Shown here in pieces: positions 1 through 12,722 of a stretch of DNA of 56,513 nucleotides. The stretch is from Chiloscyllium plagiosum (lineage: Eukaryota). The stretch's first letter is position 1. Every line of letters begins with the position of its first letter. The stretch is from positions 92,088,039 through 92,144,551 of the forward strand of contig NC_057718.1 of assembly GCF_004010195.1 (NCBI RefSeq). The letters run 5' to 3'. Below the pieces are notes generated by a model. That model saw only the letters and a list, made by a program, of their open reading frames with translations. It was not told the DNA's origin and made no database searches. A program made the translations under genes and the position numbers.

Positions 1-613
1 TTGTTGGGTGGACAGACAGTATGGATCAGATTGGTGCCAACAGTACAGTGTTCAGTGCTTGTTCTAGCTGAGGTACAGTCAGACCCTGCCTCCTGCCCCA
101 CCAACTGGTGGTTGTGGTACTGTGGGTTGGATTTGCTTTTGGGCAGAGAACTGAAAAGGAGAAAGAACCCTAAAACTATCTAGAGTATTATTGAGCCTGT
201 ATGTGCTTTAGTCCACTGAACATGAGGAGTAGTAATGACTTTTCACAATTCCTTGTAAAATGCAGGAAGTACTGTGTTGTTAAGACTACTTTTGCAGTAC
301 CACTGAACGCCAAGGTCTGCAATAATCCATCTGTGGACTAATGCAGTGAAAGTTCAATCTTGACAATTTTTTTTTCATTTCATTACCATTGTTGGATTTT
401 ATTTCAGTGTAAATACTTATACTTTCTTCTGAAACACAATGATATATAGATGTGTTGTTTTTAATGGATTATCAGTAATAAAAAAAGTTTTCAAAATACA
501 GACAGCCAGTCTGGTAATCTCTCACCTTCAGATGTTATCAATTAGCATTTTAATTACTGTGTCATTTTTCATCTGCCGTTACTGTTCTCACAGGAAGCTT
601 AACACTGATTGTG

Positions 614-656
614 CCTTCATATATTACTGTCCCTTCATATATTACTGTCCCTTCAT
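614..656. repeat. 18-bp tandem duplication (ccttcatatattactgtc x2.4)
   Basis: Exact unit repeated at 614-631 and 632-649, plus a partial third copy. Confidence 0.9.
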
Positions 657-2029
657 TGCTGTACTTTGCTTTTTACAATTGACTTCAGTTGTCTTAGCTT
701 TCCCAAAGCGATTCACAGTTGGATGTGGTGGTGAGTGATCACGTGCCATAGCATGTATGAATTTTATCAAGGGATCTTCACCTCATTAATTATGCAACTG
801 AGCAGTTGGATGTGTTTCTCAGTGAATCGTGTGGTAAGTGAGAAGGAGATGTTTCTGGCTTCCATGCCTCTGGTGCCATTTTTAAACCCCATTTCAGATG
901 CTGCAGGTGAGGAACTCTGACTCAAACTGCAGCGATCAACCCTGGAAATATTCCAGCGGACAAACTAGCTCCAGGACTCAGATCTGGGGGTGCTGGTGGA
1001 CAGGGTGGTGGAGAGAAGGATGTCTCTTTTCCCTGCTGAATGCCAAAGAAGACTATGCCGACAAACCCAGCCAACCTGGACAGAAATTGCAGCGTGGGTC
1101 AGTGACGTGCCACAAGGGAAAAGAGATATCCAATAGTCCCACAAAAAAGGGCATTGATATCCCATCCTCTGCAAAAGCATTTGTCACCATCTTCCCTGTG
1201 GTACCTCACACTCAAAGGGGCAGCAGTCACTCTAACTCTGCCACTACATGCACCTCTCACCAAGGCTGATGGACTACAACTCTCACTATTGCATGCATCA
1301 TGTCCACTCAAGGGCTCTTCACCACCTCATCCTCCCAAACTATTCTTTTCCTGTACTCTACACCTCCAACACTCTCACTGAGGGTACCAAAGCACCTCTC
1401 TTTTGTATGATGACTGACTGCTCTTCCATCATACCCAGTCTCTCCTATTGTCTAATTGGAGATAAAATTGGCTCACTGCCAGGGCTAATATCCCCACAGC
1501 ACCCCTGTTGACTTACCTGTAATCCCTGGGCTACATGCGGACTGCTCATGAAAAATTCCTGTCGCCTAATTAGATGAGCTCCTTGACTGATGGATAGTGC
1601 CTTCAATAGACTGTAAAGCCCTTTTATCCGACAAAAGGCTCTTCCCCTTTGTATTTCACAGATTGCTCCTGATGAAGCATTTGCAATGTGTTTGTTGTAA
1701 GGTATTGGTACATACTGCAGCTCTGACATTGATGTAGCACAGTGCCATACTGTGACGTGTCCATCCCTGTTTGACTCATGGATTGACTGTTCAATGATGC
1801 CCATTGTCACATGTAGTCTGCCTCTTCGCTAAACAGTAATGTAAATCACATGGACTGGCAGCCTATAACTCACTGCTAAAGTCAGTGTGTGCTCAGAAAG
1901 CAATGTGAAGCAGACAGAGGCTCACACTAAGAAATCAAACTAAGAGCCATAGCATGTCTATGTTCATGCCAAAGCAAAAGTATCCTGCACAGTTACCTGA
2001 ATTGCAGGGCCGTGCTTGCTTGCATAGAG

Positions 2030-2220
2030 AGTCATAGAAATAAAGATATGCAGTATGGAAACAGACCCTTTGGTCCAACACATCCATGCTGACCAGATAT
2101 CCTAAATTAATCTAATCCCATTTTCCAGCATTTGGCACATATCCCTCTAAACCCTTCCTATTCATATACCCATCCAGATGCCTTTTAAATGTTGTAATTG
2201 AACCTCCACCTCTTCCTCTG
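2030..2220 (-). mobile_element. CR1/HER1-like LINE 3' end fragment
   Basis: gtcatag...gaaacagaccctttggtccaac...ccctctaaacccttcctattcatatacccatccagatgcc, the same sequence as the other CR1 3' ends at 12723 and 27085. Confidence 0.85.
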
Positions 2221-2244
2221 ATATATGTGTAGACCAGACCGGAC

Positions 2245-2475
2245 AAAAAATGGCAGATTTCCTTCTCTAAAGAAAATTTGAAAACGGAGTGTGTTTTTAT
2301 GAAAAATCAATGATAATTTCACGATCACAATAACCAAAGCTTGCCAAATATTTTAGACTTTATTGATTGAATTTAAATTCCACAAGCTACCATGATGGGA
2401 TTGGAAGCTACGTTCCAGAACGTGAGCCCAGGTGTCTGCATTATGAATCCAATGGCATTACGACTGTACCATTGT
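2245..2475 (-). mobile_element. Decayed tRNA-derived SINE (same family as 17238-17562)
   Basis: The reverse complement resembles the 17238 copy (gtagtggtaatg head; gaatttaaattcaataaa; ggaaatctgcc). Confidence 0.6.
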
Positions 2476-2883
2476 GTCTCATTCAAGTTCACCTTTAGCC
2501 AACGAATCTACATTCAACAGACAGTGATCTCTCTTCTCATGTCTTGTGCAATACGACAGATGTGTAAGTCTCTAAACAACGTTGAAAAAAATTCACCAGT
2601 TCTGAGGATTTGCTCTCAAGCTGTAAATTATTAAAAGCACATTCACTGAGTGTAAGGAACTTACAAAGCTGTATTTGCAAAGTGACCTTTGTGTCCATCA
2701 ACTCCATATTAAAGTATTGAAGGCTTGAAGTGAGTCCTGAGTTGTTCTGAGAGTAGACACAATGCTGTGGGGTTTGCCTCTGCAGAGTTAGGTGGGTAGT
2801 GATTCAAGGCCTTAGACCATGTAGTGACATTGTACAGAAGAGGCAGTCACATGTTGACTAGGGTAGGCATTTAGCTGCTACGC

Positions 2884-3000
2884 AGAAGTGAGAACTGTAG
2901 ATGTTGGAGATTAGAGTCAACAGTGTAATGCTGGAAAAGCACAGCGGGTCAGGCAGCATCCGAGGAGCAAGAAAATCAATGTTTCGGGCAAAAGCCTTTT
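2884..3000 (-). mobile_element. Penelope-like element terminal repeat fragment (family A), truncated within the hammerhead core
   Basis: gctggaaaagcacagc..gtcaggcagcatccgaggagca.gaaaatcaatgtttcgggcaaaagcc is shared with the copies at 23312, 37417, 46186 and 56350. Confidence 0.8.
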
Positions 3001-3244
3001 ACTGTTCTGTTTTACTTGTCAGGAATTTGAGCTATCAGGTTTCTGATGCAAGAGAATAGAATTGTAAGTGGGATATATACAGGGCAAGCTAGGACTTTGT
3101 TGCACTATAAATATATGGAAATAAAGTAGTCGCTGCTCAAAGGCAAGATTCTGAATTCGCCATTTAAGGCTTGAGGGGAAAATCAAAAACATTTTCCCGA
3201 CATTAAGAATCAGATTTTATTTTTCGATTTCACCCTATTTTATC

Positions 3245-4830
3245 ACCAATCTAGTCCCATTTGCCAGCACTTGGATCATATCCCTCTAAACCCTTCCTAT
3301 TCATATACTCATCCAGATGCCTTTTAAATGTTATAATTGTGCCAGACTCCACCACTTCCTCTGGTAGCTCATTCCATACATGCACCACTCTCTGCCTGAA
3401 ATGGTTGCCCCTTAGGTTCCTTTTAAATTTTCCTCTCTCACCCTAAACCTATGCCCTCTAGTTTCTGGACTCCCCCACCCCAGGGAAAAGACCTTTTCTA
3501 TTTACCCCATCCATGCCCCTCATGATTTTATAAGCATCTATAAAGTCACTCCTCAGCCTCCGATGCTCTAGGAAAAACAGCCCCAGCCTATTCAGTCTGT
3601 CCCTGTAGCTCCAACCCTCATCACAAACAGCAGCGAAGTCTCAGTATAGATCTCTATGGATCACCACTAGTCACAGACCTCCAGCCAGAAAAACACCCTT
3701 CCACCACAAACATCTGTCTCTTATGGGCAAGCCAATTCTGAATCCAAATGGCCAAGTCACTTTAATCTTCCTGATGAGCCTACCATGAGGGACCTTGTTG
3801 AACGCCGTACTAAAATCCATGGAAACAACATCTACTGTTCTACCATCATCAATCACCCTCATCACCTCCTCAAAAAAAATCAATCACAATCATAAGACAT
3901 GACTTGTCCTACACCAAGCCATGCTGATTGTCCCTAATTAGGCCATGCTTTTTCAAATGTTCGTAAGTCACCGGTCTATAGTTTCCTGGATTAACTCTTT
4001 TTCTCTTCTTCAACAGAGAAACAACACTATTTTCTTGCCAGTCCTCAGGGACCGCTCCAGTGGTGAGCAAGGATACAAAGATCTTGGTCAAAGCCCCAGC
4101 TATCTCCTTTCATGCCTCTCTCAACAACCTGGGATAGATTGCAGTGGGCCCTGGGGACTTATCCACCTTAATGCACTTCAAGAGACATAACACTGCTTCT
4201 TTCTTAACCTCAAAATGCCTTAGTATATTAGCATGCCCCACACTAATCTTGATATCCTCCATGTCCTCCTCATTTAGGATCTCATCCATATCCTCTACCT
4301 CCAAGCACAAGTTTCTTCCCTTATCCATCAATGGTCCTACCCTCTCCCCTAGTTATCCTTTTGCTTTTAATGTGTGTGTAAAACACCTTGGGATTCTCTT
4401 TAACCCTACTTAGCAATGACTTTTCATGGCCCCTCCTTGCTCTCCTAATTTTCTGGTTGACTTCTTTCCTACTTTTTTTATATTGCTCATGGGCCTGTCT
4501 GATTTTAGCTTTTTAAACCATACATATGCTTTCTTTTACTTTTTGACTACATTCACAATCTCCCTCTTCATCAAAGAATTCCATACATTACCATCCTTGT
4601 CCCTACTCCTTACTGAGCATGCTGATCCTGAACTCTGATCAGTATGCCTTTAAGCAACTCCCACATGTCAAATGTTGACTTGCCCAATAGCAGCTGCTCC
4701 CAATTAACTCTCTCCAGCTTCTGCCTAATATTGACATATTTTGCACTCCCCCAATTTAGTATCTTCCTACAAGGTACTGACTTATCCTTATTCATAGCTA
4801 TCATAAAACATAAGGAGTTTTGATCACTTT
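3245..4830 (-). mobile_element. CR1 LINE ORF2 remnant with internal deletions
   Basis: Minus-strand translations VDVVSMDFSTAFNKVPH, VPEDWQ..VVSLLKK..VNPGNYRPV and VDKSPGP..IYPRLLREA are CR1 RT-region motifs; the 3' portion lies at 3245-3620. Confidence 0.9.
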
Positions 4831-5164
4831 ATATCCAAGATCCCCTCATTAATGTGTAACAGAAAGCGTTGTGGTCTCAATACTGACTCCTGAGGCTAAA
4901 CTTTGTTAAATCCCTCATCCTGATAAACAATTGTTCAGTTCGACTTCTGCTTTCTCTCTTCACCAACTTTGTTTCCATGCTGCCAACCCCTTTTAATTCT
5001 ATGAACTTCAATATTGCTAACAAGGAAACAAGTTTCTGATACCTACAAACTCAAGTATTTCAGGCATCCCACTGTCTATCTTTCATAAACTTGAGCTTAT
5101 TCTAAAACTCTGCAGCCGAGATCCTAAATTGCCCAGTTTCATTCAACCACCATTATGTTTCACC

Positions 5165-5296
5165 ATTGGCTTCATCTGGAGGCTCACTGATGATGTTACC
5201 TAATATTTTGTTGAAATGTCTGAAAACGAACCCTCCAGCTCAGCGAGCAAACCTACATCCAGAACCTCAATCTGAGCTACAAATCTTCTCAAAAAC
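5165..5296 (+). mobile_element. Penelope-like terminal fragment (family D) with degenerate hammerhead core
   Basis: ctca-CTGATGA-tgttacc...-GAAA-tg-TC-tga at 5183-5223, followed by cagctcagcgagcaaacctacatccagaacctcaa; stem II has decayed. Confidence 0.55.
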
Positions 5297-6539
5297 AGCT
5301 ACCGTTACGTTTGTTGGTTTGTCTTGACCCCAATACAACAAAGGCATCTTTCCAGAATTCTGATCTAATGTTGAATTAACTCCAATCATTTGCACTCTCT
5401 TCAGAAAGCCTTTAGCTTGCTGTCCAATTTTCTCTGTTTAAATTCCTGTGAACAATTCCTGTGACATTTTCCTGTGTTAAAGGGTTCCATAAATAGAAGT
5501 TATTGTTGTTGCTGTTGATGCCTCGGCAGGTAATTGAGAAGGAGGAATATCAGAATAAGGACATGGAATGGGTGTCAACAACAGTCACGTATAAGTGACT
5601 GACAATAAAGGGTTTTGAGAAAATATCAACCACAGTATGAACAGGAGTTACTTACACTGATTTAAGTCAAGAATCACATTTTCTTTTCTTATATTCATAT
5701 TATCTATCAAGTTAAAATATGCTAAAAATCTGTAGACAGTATTAGGATAATACTAGAACAAATTAGGAAAACCAAGTAGACAGCAAGACTATGTTTAAGT
5801 AATACTCTACACAAGTTCTGTTTGCCCTGCAAGAATTTTTCATTTATTTGTGAAACAACCTTTGCAATGAACAAACATCATTCAAACAATGTTTTAAATC
5901 CCCCACCCCTGAAGAAATTACATGCTGACAAAACATGCCTAATTAGACAGTGAGAAGCAAGAGTGCAATTATGTTATAATCAAATGAAATTAATTTTCTA
6001 ACAGCGTTAGTCCACAGGAAAAACTATTTTACTGTCATTAGCTCCTGGCAATAAAAGGCAGCTGAAATTCTGCTGGAAAAACTCTCAGGAGACAAGCTGC
6101 TTTGAATGATGAAATTATTTCTGAAATTACAGGTCACCACGTTATACTTTGGGGATATATGCCCCCTTTTTAATATCCCTTCGGGAATAATTTTCCACTT
6201 GGCTTGCTCCCACAATGATTTCAGAGCTGAAACTAACCTTGCAACCTACTGTAATGAATGTAACAAGTAAAATCACACTTGCTAAAATCAGAGTGCTTAT
6301 CAAGCCATGTAAAATTATGTATAGTTACTAATCATATCCATAATTAACATAAACAAAGTGACCTGAATTCAGGATGTCAGTCACTATACTGTCCAATTAA
6401 GAGGAGGCAGAAAATTGCACTAAAAGGGTACTTACATAGTTCACTTTTATTCTATAGTGCTTTAATAAAACTGTGCGGCTTGCTGGGCCATTACAGAGGG
6501 TAGTTAAGAGTCAACTGTATTGTAATGGGCCTCAGTGTT

Positions 6540-7180
6540 CAACAAGCTGTTGTTGAATTCCCCACTGTTCCCCGAGTTACCAATAACCGGAATCTAAACA
6601 CTTAAACCACATCAACACTGTGTCTAGAAGAAGAACACATCAGATGCTAGGAATTCTACTGCATGTGACACATCTCCTGAATTCCCAGAGTCCTACAAGT
6701 CAGGAGTGTGATAGAATGCACTCCACCTGCCTGCATTGGTGCAGCTGAACAACAATCAAGAAGTTAAATGTCATCCAGAACCAAACAGTCCATTTGATTG
6801 GCACCACATTCATCACATTAGACAGTCCCTCCACCAAGTAGATAGTAGCAGCAGTGTGCACCATCCACAATATGTATTGCAGCAACTCATCAAGGACAGC
6901 ACCTTTCAAACATTTTGGCCTCTACCATTTAGAAAGACAAGAGCAGCAGACACATGGGAACACCATTATCTGCAATTTTCCCTTTGAGTCATGCATCAGC
7001 TTGCATTGGAATGACATAATTGTTAATTCACTGGATGAAAAACCTGGAACCCTCTTCTTTCGAGCACTATAGGTGCACCTTTACCAGATAGACTGCAGTA
7101 GCACCTCCTCGAGGCCAGTATAGGATGGGCAACAAATGTTGGCCTTGCAGTAAAACTCATATCACATGAATGAATTACAG
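6540..7180 (+). mobile_element. 3' portion of a second CR1-group LINE family
   Basis: 6697-6790 translates to a decayed RT C-terminal motif of the type VRSVMEYSPLAW..AAPTTLKKL..IQ; the tail ggatgggcaacaaatgttggcc...catgaatgaa is shared with the SINE at 17238 and the fragment at 35484. Confidence 0.7.
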
Positions 7181-7589
7181 GAAAATCTTTTTCTGACTCT
7201 TTTTCTTCTCTTTTGTCCTAAAAGTTCAAAAGTACTTTGTGCAGACTCTCAAATGTAATTAATTTGTGTCGGTTTCTGGAATGTGTTCTTAGAACATTTG
7301 ATTTTTTTGAGTTTGGTCACTCCAATATGTAACAGACCATCACAATGCTGTTTATCTATGATACTTCTCCACGCAATCCCCTTCAGGACAATGGATTGTC
7401 AGGTGTTACTTTAGTTCTGCATTCAGGAATGGTTGAAAAACCAGGTCTGAGTGCAGTCAATTGTTGTAGCTACTGGGTAATTCTGCTGCCTTCTGTCCAG
7501 GAGTTTGCTTTTGAAGTGAAAGACACCAGCTCACCCATGCGACATAAGTCCCCTTTCTCTCTCCTCATATGTGTCATTTCTGGAGCCAG

Positions 7590-8016
7590 CCATCATTCAG
7601 TGGGTCACTCTTACTTCTCTAAGTCAGAGGTCTGAAAAGTTAAACTCCTCTCCGGAAACCTGAGCACACACTTCAGGCTGGCACTTGCATGAGGGAACAT
7701 TACACTGTCAGAGGTGCCATCTTTCAGAGTAGACTTTAAACTAAGACTCGATCTGGTCTCTCAGATGGGTCTAAAATACCCTGTGGCCCTCTTTGAAGAA
7801 AAACTGGTAAATTCGTAACTGATATTTATCCTTTCACCAACATCATAGAGAAGAAATGGCCCGATCTTAATAGAAACCTTTCTGTGGGATCTTGCTGTGA
7901 GCAAATTGAGTCCTATGTGCCATCTTACTTCAGTGACTACCCTATAAGTACACCACTCACTGAAATTTGAGCACCCTGATGTTACGAATGGCACTTTTCA
8001 GATAAAAGACTTTCTT
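7590..8016 (+). mobile_element. Ancient Deu-domain SINE (SacSINE1/AmnSINE-like)
   Basis: cactgtcagaggtgccatctttcagagtagactttaaac...ctgtggccctctttgaagaa...tgtgggatcttgctgtg matches the recalled Deu-domain layout. Confidence 0.65.
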
Positions 8017-8321
8017 CCCTTGAAGTCAACAATGGGAGCATTAGGGTCAACCCAGATCATGCATCCTTGAGCAGAGTCACATGTGTTTCATATGGTGGAC
8101 ACTGCAAGAGTGGGAAACATGGCTGAAATTCACTTCCAACCAATGGATACTCAGGTAGTTTGTAGCATTTTAAACTCTCCTCCAGCACAATGGAATGAAT
8201 GTGGAGTGTTACCAGCAGAGAAGTTCCAGCTGGATCACTGACTCCATAAACTGAGCTACTGAGAGAGTTCTGAATATCTCTTCATCATCAGTTTTCACAT
8301 TTCTGATCCAAAACAAAGAAC

Positions 8322-8755
8322 AGAAAATGCATTTATATAATTCCTTTGATGACTTCAGGATGTCCGAAAGATCTTTAGAGCTAATGAAGTATTTTTGATG
8401 TGCAGTCACTGTTTAATGCAGAAAATGTGGCAGCCAATTTTCCCAAAGCAAGCTTCCAATGAGATGATGACCAGACAATTTATCTTTACCTTAGTGGGGA
8501 AAGGGCAAAATCTTGTTCAGGAAACGAAGGAATATTCTCTGCTCTGCTTCAAATGTTTCATGGGATCTCTGACACCCACCTGAGTTCTCACAGTGGATCT
8601 TGTTTCAATGTTATATTCACAAAACATCAGTCTGACAATGCAGAGCTGCCCAGTACTGCACTGAAGTATCAGCCTAGATTTTGTATTTACGTTTCTGACA
8701 TCTGACCAAAATACAAATCCTCCTGACTCCAGCTGAATGACAGCTGCCACATCAG
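8322..8755 (-). mobile_element. Ancient Deu-domain SINE, inverted relative to the 7590 copy
   Basis: The reverse complement contains tctaggctgatacttcagtgcagtactgggcagctctgcattgtcag...agatcccatg...ttcggacatcctgaagtc. Confidence 0.65.
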
Positions 8756-9030
8756 AAAACATGCTTCCCACAGAAGTCAAAGTATACAATTCCAAACTGT
8801 TAATGTACATAAAGAGACAAAACAAATCAGAATAATTAATGTTGTTGTAGTTTTATTAGTTCCTGTCAGTCTCATGTTTCAGATAGCTTATAATTGAGAG
8901 ACAAACTCTTTTTGAGTGACCTGTCTTAATTTGTGTTCCTATTGCCTTTCCTCTGACTATGAAACATTGGCATGGTTCTTTCTGGATGTTATCTGAAAAA
9001 TCATTGTGAGGCCATAAATAGCTAACAAAC

Positions 9031-9227
9031 TGAAATAACTCTACAGAGGCTGGTATCCTGTCACCAAGTCACCCTTTATTTACATGTGCATAAGTCAGAG
9101 CCAGTTTACACTGGTCAGAGCGAGCTCTCAGAGTGAGCAGAACCTTTGACACTCCCTGACTGGGCTAGGTTAACAGCTCCAATCAGGGAACTCATATTCT
9201 ATTGCTGACCTTGTTACAATCACTGCA
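9031..9227 (-). repeat. 3' LTR of the Gypsy element
   Basis: tgaaataact...ggtatcctgtcaccaagtcacc...aatcagggaactcatattctat...cactgca is a direct repeat of 15472-15697. Confidence 0.9.
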
Positions 9228-9240
9228 TTCCTCCCTCTCT
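9228..9240 (-). promoter_or_regulatory. Polypurine tract
   Basis: Minus-strand agagagggaggaa abuts the 3' LTR. Confidence 0.85.
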
Positions 9241-11103
9241 ATGTCTGGGGACGTAAGCCTATTCTTTCTCTTGTAACCTCTTCTGCGGTGTTTTCAAACT
9301 GGGTCCAGTTTCTTTGATTTAGCTTTGGATAAAGACTGTGTCCCGTCTCTTGTGCCCCGAGTGTCCCAAAAGAAAATACTTCTTCAGGCAGTAAAGACAT
9401 TGAGTTTGCAACACCCTGCCTTGTCCATCTCAGATTCTGAAGTTTCTCCGACACTAGACAGAGGAAGACAACCCACAGGTTCCGACAGCCTTTCTGGCTG
9501 TTCTGAGGGACCATGTATCTTTTGCTCCTGCCCTGTTTGCAAGTTTGCAGCTTTCTTGTGGTCCACATGCTTGTTCAGGACTGCCTCACCTACCTGAACT
9601 TTGTATACCACTGAACCTGACGTTGGGTTGACCATGCCTCTTACCCATGTAAGGTCATTGCCATGGTTTTGGCATCAAACTTTGTCCCCAGAAGTAAATT
9701 GTCTCTCTCACTTAGAGGGGTCTTGTGACTGGCATTTGTTTCCTGATGTTGTTTCACTCTCTCCCTCACCCCTGGGTCCTGGAAGGTCAGATTTAATCTG
9801 ACTTCTCCCTATTAGCAACTCTGCTGGAACACTCCCTGTCGTTGCATGAGGAATGATCCAATAATTGAACAGGAACCGGGATGGTTTGGTGTTGAGTGAA
9901 GCTGTAGGCTGTTTCTTTAAGTCTGATTTCAAAGTTTGGACTGCTCTTTCTGCCAGGCCATTGAATGAAGGATGGTAAGGAGCTGTCCATATATGCCAAA
10001 TGCCATTTGACTTTAGGAAATATTTGAATTCCCTGCTGGTTCCCTGATGGCCCATTGCCTGTGACCAACACTTCTGGGAGTCTGTGTATTGTAAAGGATG
10101 TGCACAGTTTTTCTATTGCCGTTCCCATGTTTGATGAATTAACTCTATGCACGTCCAACCATTTTGGGTGGGTGTCCACAGTGACTAAGAATGTTGAGCT
10201 CATGAAAGGCCCAACATAGTCAACATGCAACCAAGTCCAGGGTTTACCTAGCCATTCTCACTAATGTGGGGGAGCTGCTGGTGGTAAGTTTTGTCCTTTT
10301 GGCACTTTGGGTACTGCCCTATCAATGTGGCTATGTCTGCATCTACTCCTGACCATCAGACATAACTTCTCACCAACATCTTCATTTTGGACACCCCTGG
10401 ATGGCCTGGTGGCATTCAGCCAGTATCCAGCAGCGACCTTTGCTCAGGGCAATCACTCTTGTTCACCATAATAAAATGCCATTCTCTATGGTGATCTGGT
10501 CTCACTGGGTCCAATAAGATTTCAATTCTAGTTGTGATGGCCTTTTTTTTTCCCTCATCACCAGCAGTGGTTTTAGTTTTACCAGGACCAGATCTTTTTG
10601 TGTCCACTGTCTGATGTTGCCAGGGATGACTGGAGGGTGCCCAGAAAATTTCAAACGGAAATAGAATCTTCTAATGGTGGCACCATCGGTGGTGTGTCTA
10701 CCAGCAGGAGACCACAGTTCAAGGTAACCACATTTGACACTTCACCTCCAGGACAACGTTCCAACTACTAATTTTCTGCACTTAGAATGCGATCCCACTG
10801 CTGAATTTGACCTGAAGCTATGGCTTGCATGGCCTTATCCTCTTCGAGTACCCCTAGTTTGTGGACTGTTATTATGACTTTATCTATAAAGATATTCACA
10901 CCAAAGATGACCGCCAAACCTTCCTTCTCCATCTGAGTGTATTTCAGCTCTGCATCAGCATACATTATTGGGCATTTTTCTCCATTGTGTCATCTGTGAG
11001 CCAACATTACCCTGATAGAGTATGGAGACGCATTGCATGTCCGCACCAGATCTCACTTGGGATCATAGTGTGCCAACACCTTAGACAATGATAGTTGCTT
11101 CAC

Positions 11104-11680
11104 AGTGCCAGCATCAAGTGACTGTCTGTGTGGAGTTTGCATGTTCTCCCCATGCCAGTGGTGTGTATCCACCAGCTGTTCCAGTTTCCTCCCACAGTCC
11201 AAAGATGTGCAGGTTAGGGTGGGATGCTTTTTACAGGGCAGCACGGTTGCTCAGTGGTTAGCACTGCTGCCTCACAGCACCAGGGACCTAGGTTCAATTC
11301 CACCTTCAGGCAACTGTCTGTGCGGAGTTTGCACAATCTCTGCATGTCTGTGCAGGTTTCTTCCAGGTGCTCCGGTTTCCTCCAGCTGACTAGGTGGATT
11401 GGCCATGCTAAATTGCCCATGGTGTCCAGGGATGTGCAGACTAGGTGGATTGGCCATGTTAAGTTGCCCATGGTGTCCAGAGATGTGCAGACTAGGTGGT
11501 TTGGCTATGCTAAATTACCTCTGGTGTCCAGGGATGTGCAGGTTTTGGTGGATCAGCCATGGGAAACGCAAGGATAGGATACGGGGTTGAGTCTGAGTGG
11601 GATGCCCTTCGAAGGGTCGGTATGGACTCGATGGGCCAAATGGCCTTCTTTCACACTGTAGAGATTCTGTGAGAACGGAG
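11104..11680 (+). mobile_element. Nested HE1/V-SINE-like insertion: partial copy (11104-11223) plus a full copy with an internal 51-bp triplication
   Basis: ggcagcacggttgctcagtggttagcactgctgcctcacag head at 11238; splits pol between YVGFKNV and KQLSLSKVLAHYDPK. Confidence 0.88.
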
Positions 11681-11858
11681 ACATTCTTAAAGCCTACATA
11701 ACGGCTATGACACCATTTCCAAGGCTGACCCTTTTTCAATAGTAGGATGGAGGCCAGGTTACCTATGAACTTTCCGTAATAATTCATCAATCCAAGGAAA
11801 GACCTAAGCTCCAGTACAGACATGGGAGCTGAGGCACCTTTGATTGCCCTCACTTTAT

Positions 11859-12195
11859 TAATTAGAATCCGTACAGTATGGAAACAGATCCTTCGGCCCA
11901 ACAAGTCCACACCAAACCTCCAAAGAGTAACCCACCCAGACCCATTTCCCCACCCTCTGTTTACCCCTGACTGATGCACCTAGCCTCCACATCCCTGATT
12001 ACTATGGGCAATGTAGCATGGCCAATTCACCTAACCTGCACATCTTTGCAATTATGGAAGGAAACCAGAGTACCCAGAGGAAACCCACACAGACACGGGG
12101 AGAATGTGCAAACTCCACACAGACAGTCGCACGAAGCTGGAATCGAACTGTAAGGCAGCAGTGCTAACCACAGAGCCACCATGCTGCCTGTAAAC
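11859..12195 (-). mobile_element. Nested HE1-like SINE with an 8-bp TSD
   Basis: TSD cactttat at 11851-11858 and 12196-12203; splits pol at ...LEDKV|RAIKG. Confidence 0.9.
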
Positions 12196-12722
12196 CACTT
12201 TATCTTCCAACCAGTGTAATCTGGACTTGTCAACTGTGTAATCCAAGTAGGTCACTTAGGGTGCCAGGAGCACCAGTTTTCCCTTCTAAGGTATACGTCC
12301 ACCTTGGAGAAACATTTAAAGACTATGTCCGAGTTCTCTAAGTGCTCTTTATTGGTCTTTCCTGTTATTAGCACGTCATCCAGATAAATGGTGATGTGGG
12401 GTAGACCTTGTAAAATGTTCTCCTTCATCTGCTGAAAAATGGTAAAATACCCCAAAATACCCCATATATTCATTTAAACTCTTATGAATATTAATTGTAG
12501 CATACTTCTGGGAGTCCTTATCTAATGCAATTGCAGGTACACATTGCTCATATCCAGTTTCATGAAGGACAGGCCACACGCCAGCTTTCCATTTAAGTCC
12601 TCTATGCAAGTTATTTATCTAGCTGTGAGAAATGGTTACTGTTTGTTTAAAATCCACACAAAGGCCAACTGACTCTTTGGGTTTCACAATCAGTACGACT
12701 GGTGCTGTCCATTCTGTAAACT

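Noticed and set aside
11389..11541. CRISPR-like regular repeats
   Set aside because: The units are head-to-tail with no unique spacers, lie inside a SINE in eukaryotic DNA, and have no cas genes nearby.
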